A stretch of 64,000 bases of DNA from Takakia lepidozioides. Its lineage: Eukaryota > Plantae > Bryophyta. Shown in pieces: positions 52,530-64,000 of the stretch (positions are counted from its first letter, which is position 1; every line of letters starts with the position of its first letter). Both the position numbers and the translations under genes were made by a program. The notes below the pieces were generated by a model. That model searched no databases. It was not told the origin of the DNA and saw nothing but the letters and a program-made list of their open reading frames with translations. The stretch is taken from assembly GCA_030704615.1 (NCBI GenBank), contig CM060731.1, positions 67,332,001-67,396,000 on the forward strand, given 5' to 3'.

Positions 52530-53510
52530 TCTACGTTGCTCAGCCATAGCCAAGCTGATAATCCAGGTCAAGCAATTTAGATCCATTGCTTGCCCCAAAA
52601 CCTGACGACGTGATGCCTCAGAAAGCGAAGGCACCGCCGTGGTCCCAGTGGAAAAACCCATAGCCCGCTCTCGCTCGTCGGCATTAGGCTCCACTAACTG
52701 CTACAACTGAGCATCCCACATGAGGCCAAGTCTACTATCCCGGAAAGCATGCAATCCTGGGAAGCTGAGCAGTGTAGGTAGTGCTGCTCGTGGTTGACCC
52801 ACCTTGTTGACCACTGCCAAAGGCGAACGGTCATCGTGTCTCACACGCTGAGACTGCCTCCCTATGTCCAAAATGCTATCCACTGTGAGGTGTGCTGGCC
52901 GCTACACCCCATCAAATGCACGCTTAAGCAGTGCGGGTGGCATCAAGTTAGTCCACCATAACCGTGGACGATGAGCCCGTGACCCCACTGAAGCTGCATC
53001 CAGCAACACTGCTGACCCAAGCCACGACCGGACTTGATGCACACTAGCCATCACCCTGGCCCGAGAATTGCCCATCAGTGGCACATTCTCCAAGATGTAT
53101 GCTGGAGATACAGCTTGATGAAGCTGTAAGTGGCGCAAAACCCGCACCATCTCCCAAAATAGACCCGACCTCGAGCCTCGCAATCCACTGTCATGCCCGG
53201 CTGATGAATGCCCTTGGCAGGGCCAACTTGCCACTACCAAATCAATGGAGCCAACCCACTCCAAATCCTGCGCCCCCAGCAACGAAATGTCTCCTAGCAA
53301 GGCCTGCTGATATCCACGAACTGCAGACACCGGCAACAACTCAGGGTACTGCTGCACCAACTAAGCAACATGGCGTAGGGAGATGCATCGTGCAGTCTCA
53401 TCCCTCTCCACATACAGGTAACGCCGTACCCGTACACCTGCCTGTAGAATAGCAGCCAATCCGGTGTTGATCCCGCGAAACAAGTCCAGAAGGCAAATGC
53501 CTTCATCCGG
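52530..53510 (-). pseudogene. DNMT3-like C5-cytosine DNA methyltransferase domain within the retrotransposon polyprotein (three in-frame TAG stops)
   Basis: Motif I LLDLFRGINTG, II YVERD, III GDISL, IV DLVVASWPCQGHSSAG (catalytic PC intact), GLRGSRSGLFWEMVRVL, VI YILENVP, VIII AHRPRLWWTNL, IX/X ERERAMGFSTGTT...RRQVLGQAMDL. Same reading frame as the upstream protease. Confidence 0.93.
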
Positions 53511-54784
53511 ACACTGCCACATGATCAGTGTGGTGTCCAATGGTGACAACTGAGGTGGACCTGGTGCAATCCTCGCACTGTCCTCCTCTACTGACGGTAC
53601 AAAAGCCTCTACCTAGGCTTGTTGCACACAACAATCAGCAACCCGCTGCAAATCCTTGCTCGAGCCCCACAATGGAGTGGGAGCAACCATGGCAGGCAAC
53701 TCCGCCATACCATACATGTCATCCTGCTCTCCCGGAGGTGACACATCCTCTGAATGAGTGTTGCCATCCAACAATTCTCCAGGCCAAGTCACTGCAGCTG
53801 TGAATGCTGCCAGTGTTGGCATCTTTCCTCGCTGGGCAATCGCAACTCCCCCTATGAACGTCACAGGGAACTGCACATGCCGGCCCTTCCCTGACTGCCA
53901 TCCAGGCCTATAGGAAGCTGACTCCTCCCAAAAATCCACGGTGAAGCCCATGGGGTACAACACTGCCCCACCAACAAGGACATCGTACGCGACCGCGTCT
54001 GTCACAATGGCCTTGGCTCTCATCACTGAGCCATCTGTAGGATGATCCGGTTGTAGTCTGATAGCCAACTCACACTGTGTCATGCCCTGAGCCTGCTCTG
54101 ACCCTCCCAGAGATGTCTGTATCTGGAAAAGGCACGGCTCCATATCCGCCTCCATGAGGCCCAAGCTTGCAATAGCAGCTCTGCCCAGCATTAATGGTTG
54201 AGCTCCCGAGTCCAACAAGACCCGCAGTGGCCGGTACCTCTTGTCTGCCGGTCCACTCAAACAGAAAATGTCATCCTGGTTGTCTAACATGACAACTCCA
54301 GGTGTCACCATGGCGCCGCCGTGGCCGACTTGACCCTTACATCCGAGGATCCCTCCGGCACTACACCTCCCACTATCTCCGCAGAAGATGAAGTAACCTC
54401 CCCACTCTCACAGAGTGTCGCTGCCAGCCTGAACACCTCAGCTGGTCTTACCCCCGGCGTCGCAATCATGGTAGCCGAGAACAATGGAGCCTGGCACACA
54501 GTTGTGGCCGCCCCCAGCAGCACACTAGTTGCCGTAGCCTTGGCAACACTAGGTAGTGGTGCTGCCCGTGTAGCTCTCCCCAATGGCATAGTAACCTCCG
54601 CCTCGGTAACAGTCGGGTGGGAACTAGGTGCCATGGACGGCGTCGACACTGTCTCCGCCAATGTGAATGACTGAGGAAGCCTGGCTTGACGGCTTGCCTC
54701 CCCACGCTATGGATCCACCTCCGCACCCCGTGGCTCAGGAACTCGTGCTGCTCCTTGAGTCACTGCCGCAGCTGACTCCACTTG

Positions 54785-54964
54785 CACTAGTGGTAGTCCT
54801 GCCCCGCACATAGTGGTAGTGGTAGTACTGCCCGGCACTAGTGGTAGTGGTGCCCCACCCATAGTGGTAGTGGTAGTGGCACCCCTCACCAGTGATAGTG
54901 GTGCCCCACCCATAGTGGTAGTGGTAGTGGCACCCCTCACTAGTGGTAGTGCTGCCCCGCACAT
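54785..54964 (-). repeat. 51-bp coding tandem repeat (~3.5 copies, GATTTTTMGGAPLxLVR) between the Gag knuckles and protease
   Basis: CAC(T/C)AGTG(G/A)TAGT recurs at 54785, 54836, 54887 and 54938. Confidence 0.88.
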
Positions 54965-56593
54965 GAATCCCATGCCTCCCATGTCTCCTCCCTCAGGAGC
55001 AGGAGGTGGACCATCCGGCCTTGGAGCCGGTACCACCTGAGTTGTGGTCATGGCAGCGAGCCTCTGCTCTAGCTGCTGAAGCCGGTTGGCCATGCCTCGG
55101 TCACCACCCTGACCTCCGCGTCCTTGGCCATGTTGAGACTGCCCTTGGCCTGCACCTCGTGCCTGGCCACCTCGCCCCCGGCCACCATTGTTCCCTTGGA
55201 ACTGGCCTGGGCGCAACTCGGGATGCAAACCATAGCACTGGGCCTCTCCATGCCCGTACTTGCCACAATGCCCACACTGCATCTGTGCAAGCTGTGCTGG
55301 TGCTAAACCATTGCCTCCCTCTGGGCAATCGTTATGGACATGTGGTCCTCCACATGTCCAGCACACCACATCCACCCGTTGTTGGCCAACAAATGAAGGG
55401 AGAGACCCCTGCATCTGAGGTCCTCTCTGCCCTTCCCTAGGCTTCACCTAAGCCCCCTTGTTGCCTTGAGCACGTTGAGGTAGTGGCTGGCTAGGAGCAC
55501 CACTACCCCGTGGTGCCTCCTTAGCAAATCCCACCATGACCACTCGTTCCTCCACCATGTTGAGCTCTATCCGCTCTGCCAGCAAAAACACATTTGCTAA
55601 GGTGGGTTGGGCCGCTTGTAGGCATCCCACACCCTTCTCCTCAACTCCTTGTCCAATATCCCGTACCAGAACTGGACTGCCTGAGCCTCCATAACCCCTT
55701 GGGTTACATTAATCAAGCGCCTCATGCGAGTGAAAGCCTCCCTCAAGCTCTCAGTAGGCTTCCTCTGGAACTCTTGCAAGCTCCTCAACTTCTATGTCCT
55801 CACCCCTTGGTAGTTCCTTCTCAATTCTTCGAAGAAATCCACAACAAGGTTGAAGGCAGGCACCGCCACTGGTGCTGGTGCAGCAATAGCTTGGGTGGCC
55901 GTCGTAGCTGCTGTACCACTAGTCCCACTACTGCAGGTGGAAGCTGCTGTTGTGGTTGCTGCTACTGGTGCAGCTGCCGGTGTGGCTGCTGCCCTTGTGC
56001 CTCTGGTGCCTCTAGTGATAGAGACATAGTCGGGTGACCAGTACATCCTCAACTCCTCGATCTCAACATCGTGCCCCCGCCTAAACTCATGGTAATCGTC
56101 CATGGGCGGCCCTCAAGGTGTCGCGGCCCTTTGCCTTGAGGGTAGGGGGTCGGGACACATGAGGGGCTGCCCCTGTGGTGGGGGCAGCGGCAGCGATAGG
56201 TATGGGGGGCTGAAACACCCTTGAGTGCCCGAGGCACTCGAGGCGGAGGCGCTCACTAGGTGGAGCCCCGCACACCAGGTTGCGGTGGGGGTGGCTCCAC
56301 AAGGGGTGGTGGTAGCTTAGCGGGACTTAGTGGGGGTGGCATAGGACTCACCATGGGGGCGGAGACCTCGTGGTGGGAGTCGTGGGAGTCTTGGGACTCA
56401 TCACGGTCCATAGGGGCCGTGGTGAGTGGGCCAAGACTCACTGCGACTCATCATCGGGAGTCGAGGGTTTTCGTGGTGGTTCGCCATAAAATGGCATGGC
56501 TGGTTGTGAAACCCCCGCGGACAGCTACAGAAGTATATATAGGGAGTAGTAACCCCGAGAACGGTGCAAGCCCGTTGGTGACCAAAAACTAGT

Positions 56594-57150
56594 GAGTAAG
56601 CGAGCGAGCCGGAAAGCGACCAAAGAGTGGGGAGCTGTTCCGGACTGCCAACTACCAAAGGGAATTCCCGCTGGTTCCAAATCGGTGGAGGGTTCTTTGG
56701 GAGATCAAAGGGGGGACCGTTATGCCCCGGTGAGCAGACGAAGCTCCAAGTTGGCCCGGCGGCCAGGTTGGGAGTTAGGCGCGCGCATCAAAGCGAGTAG
56801 CTATGACTTGAAGGGGAGCTTACTGAAGTGAGGTGCGCGACACTTGGTATCAGAGCTTAGAGTTCAGTACGTGATCGTCCTTGGGATTGGCCTCATCATG
56901 GGGTCGGGCAAGCCAAAGCGAAAGCGGAACGGCCCAAAAGATGATGATCCTGGTGAGCCCGATGGGGGCGACGTGTCACCGAGGCGGCCGTTTGAGGGAG
57001 CGATGCACGTTTCCAAAAACGAGGCCGCTCAAGAGCGGGAGGAATCCGAGGAGTCGAAGCCCGAGGAATCCGTGAGAGCTCCGACCGACCAACAGATGCC
57101 TCCCATGCCGGCAGCCTTTTGGGAAGGGTTGTTGGCGCAGTTTGGCGGTG
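56594..57150 (+). mobile_element. Truncated fragment of a different LTR retrotransposon: LTR 3' part, tRNA-iMet PBS and start of a gag-like ORF
   Basis: ...GCGCGACA(56842)-CT-TGGTATCAGAGC (56845-56856), then ATG at 56898 opening MGSGKPKRKRNG...; opposite orientation to the adjacent DNMT element. Confidence 0.7.
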
Positions 57151-58458
57151 TTAGCCTAGCAGCTCTGGAACAGGGGGCTTCATACCTACAATGTGCAGAT
57201 GTGGATATCTCTGTGGACATCTCTGTGGCAAGTGACCTTGTGTATGTCAGATGTGGAAATTCTGAAAATGCTATAACACTACTAGTTATATCCAGCACTG
57301 TTGGGCAGAAATCGTTGCAACGATCTTGGTGGCCTCACAAAGGGCTGAGTAATAATTGCAAATATGGGTGTTGGCTGCATGCAGTGCCTTTCTCTGGTTC
57401 CTGTGTATACACCAGGTGAGGACTGGAGCACTCCCCAGTGGTATTTAGGGGCACAGGTGCGAAACATAATGTAAAAGCTTCGCTTCACTGTCAGGTGACG
57501 AGTCAGTGGTCTAGGAAGTTACAAGAATCAGGATCTACTGATTTGTCATTGAATCTACCTATGATATTCGAGTGATGTTGAGGAAAATAGTATCATCATT
57601 TTCTCTTCAAGTTCTCTCATGTCTCTACCCTTTACTGCCATGTGTATCATAGGAACTGGGAATGCCAACCTGAGACACTTCGATCATGTGGTGGCATGTG
57701 TATGCCCTTTATAGCATGCGAATTGCCGAAGTAATGGATTTTGTGGAGCTTCTTTTCTGTCTGCAGTTGTTTATAGATACAAAACCTGCCCAAAGGCTTG
57801 GTACATATTTTCTAGAAGCCCGCTTTGTATGTTGGTTGGAAAGGTAGCACTCATTCCCTCATTCCTGGAAGGGTCCTAGACCTGTAGAGGCATTGAAGAG
57901 TGCAGACTGATGGTGGGTCTTCTCCAGTATTTAACTCCAAGATATCAACACTCTCAGTTTATCTCATAAGGTTCAATTCTGGTTTAAGATAGAGCAAATC
58001 CTAAAATGATTTGGATGCAAGAGAAAAACCATCATAAGTAAGATCTGTGTGACTTGATTTAACTTGTGCTCTTTCCACAAACTTCACAAGTTTGTTGGTT
58101 CTGTAAGGCTTTTAGTAGCAGACCAAGATGCAAATTGAGGAGCAATGTGGCGCGATGCTTTATCTTGCTCCCAAGAGCATGTGCAATATCAATTCTATAA
58201 TAGACACCACTTTGACAAACAGCAAAATAATCCTCTGTATGGGTTGTCAATTGCTGAGAGACTGTTAGACTCTCACCCCATGAGCTTCAAGGTACTCCCT
58301 ATTTCCCAAGTTTTGCTCTTCCAAATTAATTATGTTCCTATTGTGTATACACACCTCACTGAATGTGGAGGCAAACTAACCAAATGCATGCAGTGCATGG
58401 TCTGGAGGAGCTCCTCACGAGGAGTCCCCACAGAGCAGCAAATGGGATTAACTAGGAC

Positions 58459-61400
58459 TCAAATGCCTTTGGAGAACCGGTCAGAAGTCAGTCTTGTGTG
58501 CTGGTTATCATACATGGCCTGTTGAGAGCGTGCTGATTGGACTTCCAATTGACGCTTACGATACCTCCATGCCACTTGAATGCACACTGCTGCCCAAGAC
58601 TGCCAGGATGGTGACTCGTTCCTGTACCATCGTTTCCCCATATTTGACTCACTTTCTTACTAGTCTACTTAGACCGTCATTGAATTCACAATGCTAAAGG
58701 ACATGTTGGATTCTCGGTGATGCAGCAAGGGGTAAGATCTGTCCCATCTCTGCCACTGACCTCGGCAGAATGTTTGATCACATGGCAATGCAATCCTTTC
58801 CAAGGGGCAAAGCTCTGACCAGAAACCAAAGACCAAAACAGTAAATAGATAGTGGAAAAAGAGCACACTAACAATTGGGCTATTGACACTGAATCAAGCA
58901 CACAAAAGAGTGCACCCCCCCCACCCCCACCCAACCAGTGGTGAAGCAATGTGTTCAAACTCAGAGTCAGAGATGAGACCTGAGGACACCCCTGACGCGA
59001 GCTGTGCGCATGTTGCTGCTGTAATATGTGGTGACATACTTAACTGCCTCCGCCTCCAATGCAAAGACCTCTACACTATTCAGGGCAGTAACTGTCCGAC
59101 TTGAGACTGCACGGCGCCCTGTCCTTCGTACTGCACCTGTCCTCCCTGCACCTGGCACACCAACCACTGTCACACTTTACAGTTGCTTGAATCCAACTGC
59201 AAGGGAAAAATGTTCATGCGGCCTCCTCTCTCCAAATGCCTAAGTTTACTTTCTCAAGGGTCACGTTTCCATGACAGCTACATGAAGTCATATTGCTCAC
59301 TGGTGCCAGGGAAATCTACATGAACAAGCCAGGACTTGCCTGGACGTCTTACCAGTCGTTCTCCGGCCACGTATCAGTGTTGTAAAACGTGAAATCCTGC
59401 AACAAACTGAAGTATTGCTACCTTCGCCGAGTTTTATACATTAATGCAGGGATGTAGCATGAGAAAGATTGCACAAGTGAGATGAGTGGGACACAACATA
59501 CCCGGTATATTGCTGGCCTGCTCAAGATGCCAGATCAAAAGCTCTTCACCACAAAATCCACCAGCAGAGAGCATGACACTACCATCTTCCCCAGTGCTAC
59601 AAAGATTGCCACGGACAATGAAAAGCATACGCTCAACTGGGTTGTTTTTTCCCAAAATCATGCTGCCTTCAATGTAGAGCCGCTGATGCAACCGCTCACA
59701 TATGGCATCTAACACCTCCTCATCCATCACTGTGAAGAGACGCACCTGCAGACCATTGCTCTTTTGTTAATTGCTCCTTAGTAATATCGACATCCAGCAC
59801 TGGCAGCTACACTGCAGGTCATAACAGTTGAATGTGGTCACATTTACCTTCTTTACAAGGTCAAGACAAAGCAAGCGCTGAATTTCCCTCTGCAAATCCT
59901 CAGGGAGGTCGCCCAGAAGTTCTTTCTCATCTACACCCCTGGTGGCAGCCCATTTGAACCGTTCTACCTCCCTCACGCGTCTGCATGGGACACAACGTGT
60001 GAGCCTGTTTCACAAAAAGCTTTGCTAACAACACCTTACTCCAGTTGAACCACAGATATGAAATAGCATAAAGGTATGTCTGATAACCCGGAAGAAAGAC
60101 ATTACAACAGGTTCTGTTCCAACAGATGCAGATGAGGGTGGAGGGGACAGAGGTGGAGGCTTGAATATTGACATCAACATGAGTCACAGTCAGGTTCACA
60201 CTTGCGTAAGTTGAGAGGCAAATTCCGGCGTCCCATCCAGTTCTCCACATCATAACGACGCAGTTGCATTTCCAGCTTCCTGTCACAAACTCAATAGCCT
60301 CTCACTCCTCCACGAATCGTGCATTGTCTTGCTTGCAATCATTTCTATCATCTCTCTCCCCAGTCTTTAGCACTAACAAAAGAGAGGCCAAACACAGGCA
60401 ACTGACTAGTGGTCAAAAGTCCGTGCTAAAGACATATATGCTGGTAACAAGGGTGGCTTTTCCTGGACAACCTATAACAGCAGTGTATAGTAATAAGTAG
60501 TTAAGAGCAGACCGGACAACCAATCATATTCTTTGCTAAGTAATAGGAGTGGATGCAACATGCAACGCGCCGCACACCAAGTCCATCGTTGACTGTGTAG
60601 CATTCCGACAAATTGAAAAGTGCAGTCTATGCAAGGTTTAAACTTTTCTTGTTCAAGACTCTTAGATGTGGAATAAGGTGACAGTCTCCACTACAGGACC
60701 ACCAGAGGGGTCAAAGAAGTGACCACCACTGCCAGAAATTTCCGAAGCTATAACAGTACAGAGGAACAAAGATGAAGACCCACTCAATACTGGCCTAATG
60801 GCAGCTCAACAAAGAAACAGTCTGAGAAGTGAGGGCAACACAAACCTGCGAGTAAGTGACTGCAGGAAGTTCTGCATGTTGCCTATGAATAGAGCAAACA
60901 TGAGGAGGCCCAACCCCACAATGCCCATAGTGAAGAGCACCTCCCACACAAACATACTTGGCACCAAATTACCTGCCAAAGTACTGACTTGCTACACACC
61001 ACAACCCCTCCATATAGTCAACAACCTTGTGCTACTTTGCCAATTTGCAGTTGCCTTGAAGTTCATAAACTGCAGAATTCACATTTAAATTGTACTCCTC
61101 CACAAAACAAAATATTGGCACTGAGCATAAGCTATATCTGGAAAAGCAAGCACCACTAATGCATGACAAGGAATAGCAGCCAAAGAGTACCAAAAAGCCC
61201 CAGCAGAGGGAATATATGTATTTCTGCACAACGTGACCATCAGGCTCCATCACAATTTGATAGCCCATCGGGGAATATATTCCGTACGCAAAGCCAGGAC
61301 TAGTATTGGTGGAGAGACAGGTAACCCCTGCAGTTGTGTTCTGCAACCAAATCGCTTGACTGTTGTTCCCGTCAGAGTAGTTAGTTCCTCCAATCCCACA

Positions 61401-64000
61401 GTCAAGATATTTGATATCGCAAGTCAGGCCATTGCTGTTGTCACTCTTGCAAGCTCCTTGCAGACAAACGTTCACCCGCTGCAATCATGACCACAAAAGC
61501 ATTCTGAGCACTTAATCCTACAAACTGGCACCAGCAAATCACATCAATGGCTCAAAAAGACACATAGTGCCATAACAAAGAAAAGGTCCTATAGCTCTAT
61601 CCCAACAATACCTGGAGAAAGTGAGCACAAATAGGAGCCCTAGGACAGGACATTTGTTGCAGGCTAGGAGAGAGCTTTGGCTGCACCTGTAGACTAAAGA
61701 GGTACCAGCAGGAGCCCACAACATGGCCAGCGAGCAAGTAAATGAGAATATTGATGACAAAGTTGGCCCATGCTGTCTCAAACACAAATCCATTCGGAGA
61801 GCGCCCTGCTAACAATGGAAAAAACCTAATACTCCTGGGAATGTTCTGCAGCAGCACTGTCACCCGCAACATACTTTTGGTAGAGTTGGCTCCTGCTCCT
61901 GTATTCAAAATGATCTGCACCAAAGCCCAACCTGCTCTGGAGTAAATACTTGCAACACTGCTGAGCATCCTGCACACAAGCCAGTACTAGTGACATATGG
62001 CTCTGCTTTTTAAAGCACATCACCATTGCCATGACTGTTCGTTATCTATCCAACCCAGTATTATTGGCTATTGAATCAAAGGTATGTATTCCTGCACACA
62101 AAAGATAATTGCATTGCTCAACCACCAACTCGTCTTGTTGGTTTATTTGCACTGGTGATATGATGCCGTTGTAGGTGTGAAAGAGCTGACTCTAGATCCA
62201 CATGTTTGAGCACTCTAAAACGTTTGAGCAAGACCATTGCAAAGTACACACTGACTGTGAATACAAACAACCTTACACTTCTGTTAGGTTGGCCCCAAAT
62301 CACACAGGATGTGACATAAAACCCCGTAGGAGGAGTCGGAGGGTATGAGCCCAAGTAACTGGAAGTCCAGCCACATCAGGCACATGGTGAAGAACAGATC
62401 ATAGGTAGGTGATCCTCAGAAAACGCAAGACGAAGAATGGCTGGATGGGAACGTACCTGGGGAAGAGGCAAGACTGTGATGAGATCTAGCAGAAAGAATC
62501 CCCTCAAGTAATGACGTGCAATAGCCTTTGGATCATCCACCAGCTCTCCACTGCCTTTCTTCAAATATGCCAACCTAAACTGCACTCACCCCGTGACCAC
62601 CAACACAACTCTTGCCAGTTACAATTTCATTGTCTATGAACAACAGCCATACAACCACACAAGATCTGAAATATGCGCTATGTAGAAAGTCACGTCCAGC
62701 ACACTTTTTTAAGGAGCTCTTCCAGAGAGACAGAAGAGCTCACCCAACATTCATGAGCATTCGTGAACTCAACTGCCAACCGTCAAACAAAGCAGAGAGC
62801 CAGAAGGAGCCAAAGGTAACCCGAAGCATATCACAAAGGCATACCCGAACATACAGATGGTCCTGCTACTGTGTGCATGAGCAAGTAGCTGCTGGGTTGA
62901 GAAACTCTTAAGCAATGGTCACATATGCACAGAGACCCACCTGAAGAAGCATATTCAGCAAATATACGGAATCTGATATAGTCCTCAACACAGTGAAGGC
63001 CACTGCCCACTCGTGATTTAACACAATGCATAAATTACCCTGTTGAAACAGTGAAACCACAATAATCAATAACAAAGCTGGGGCGCTGATGGAAGTAAGA
63101 ATACCACTCAACTTGCAACCGCCAGTTGTTGAACTTCTCCTGACAATGGTTGTAATCATCTAATTAATCAGTAATTTATGCTACATAGGGCATTCCACTA
63201 TGCTCAAGCAACAATGACATACTGTTTGTGGTATCGTTTGCACCGAGAGTAAGAAGAAGAAAAGGGGGTCCAAAAAGATGCTGAAAAGGCTGGAGATGGC
63301 AAAAAACTTGTTCCACTGCTGCACCAGCCTTGTATGCGGATTCAGAATCCCCGGAAGTAAGAATTTTCCCCATTCTCTTATTCTGATCAAGAAACTCCGC
63401 ACCCTTCGTTTCTTTGTCCTGCCAATCTACTCCCCACACAGAGCCAAGTGGTGTTAGATACAAATTAACAGTCATGGACAAAACTTCCCTCAGGACAATG
63501 GTATTCCAAGAAGAACAACACATCAAGCTGTGTTCAGCCTGTGGGCTCCATCTGTTCAACCACCCTGCTGCGGACAAACCTACAACCTGGAAAACCTTAT
63601 GTATCCGCCCATCTTCAAGCCTTCGGCTACCCCTTCATCCAGCCTGATCAATTCTGATTCCTGGTCAAGTCATCAAACTAAATCCATGTAAGACAATGCT
63701 ACCCCAAGAACACAATAGGTTGTGGAAGCATACAGTCTTGGATTGGTGGAAAGTTCCGCTGTACAGAGGCTGACTGTAGGCATCGTATAGGGGAGGGCAA
63801 GTGGTACAGAAAGGGTCGTGACACTTGCCCAATGCACCTGACTTCCACAAATGCTCATGGCTGACCACTTTCTCTTCCTCTTGATCAGCTCCGTTCGCCA
63901 CATCACTTTCGACAATGATGATGGAACGTTCCTGGGGTGAAGGGAAAGACGTAAGCTCCAGCATTGGCAGCTCATCCATGTCCGGCTCCTCATATGCCAT
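58459..64000 (-). CDS. CNGC20: Cyclic nucleotide-gated channel, group IV-A (CNGC19/20-like), multi-exon
   Basis: N-terminal HLWKSGALGKCHDPFCTTCP; PGILNPHTRLVQQWNKFF; GELVDDPKAIARHYL; GFVFETAWANFVIN; pore QVSTLAGNLVPS; IGNMQNFLQSL; VREVERFKWAATRGVDE; CNBD LDAICERL...MLFIVRG...FCGEELL; IQ motif IQVAWRYRKR. ATG at 63998-64000 lies on the window edge, so the gene may extend beyond it. The symbol denotes subfamily. Confidence 0.9.

Larger units (their letters stand above)
49875..56590 (-). mobile_element. Ty3/Gypsy LTR retrotransposon with domain order Gag-CCHC-protease-DNMT3-like methyltransferase-[RT/RNase H mostly deleted]-integrase-PHD; 5' LTR missing
   Basis: Gag (FQRKPTESLREAFTRM), knuckles CWTCGGPHVHNDC and CGHCGKYGHGEAQC, protease VLLDSGA, C5-MTase motifs, RNase H tail HRPGLVNRDADGLSR, integrase HHCC plus DDE (WSLDFAGP, VLTDQGREF, DGLAERVVQ), PHD finger, PPT and LTR. 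Confidence 0.92.

Noticed and set aside
56845-56856. TGGTATCAGAGC as the PBS of the DNMT-carrying element
   Set aside because: It is on the plus strand, opposite to that element, and the preceding sequence does not match the 49875-50104 LTR.
59352-59397. Small AG...GT-bounded candidate exon in the CNGC gene
   Set aside because: It would add an in-frame TGA in the required phase; the flanking exons join in frame without it.

Overview
Eukaryotic, repeat-rich land-plant DNA. The PLS-DYW PPR style, spliceosomal introns and TE families suggest a non-seed plant such as a bryophyte or lycophyte (inference). Two host genes look intact, both on the minus strand: a TMK-type LRR receptor kinase (30287-33690) and a CNGC19/20-type cyclic-nucleotide-gated channel (58459-64000). 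A scrambled PLS-DYW PPR pseudogene cluster occupies 13057-19760. The most notable content is two unrelated, decayed transposable elements that each carry a DNA methyltransferase. (1) An 11.5-kb Mutator-like DNA transposon (1132-12623, exact 9-bp TSD CATTCACTA, imperfect TIRs) encodes a GCM-like zinc finger/DDE/SWIM transposase. Divergently, it encodes an intron-containing gene fusing a ParB/Srx-like domain (DGNHR) to a beta-class N6-adenine/N4-cytosine methyltransferase-like domain, and one probable intron of that gene holds six copies of a 24-bp palindrome reminiscent of parS. (2) A Ty3/Gypsy element (49875-56590) has a DNMT3-like C5-cytosine methyltransferase in frame after its protease and a PHD finger after its integrase. 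Also present are an Athila/Tat-like Gypsy element with extra 5' ORFs, other LTR fragments, a Tourist-like MITE and an unexplained degraded coding block at 22-29 kb. All domain calls come from reading motifs by eye; no searches were run.
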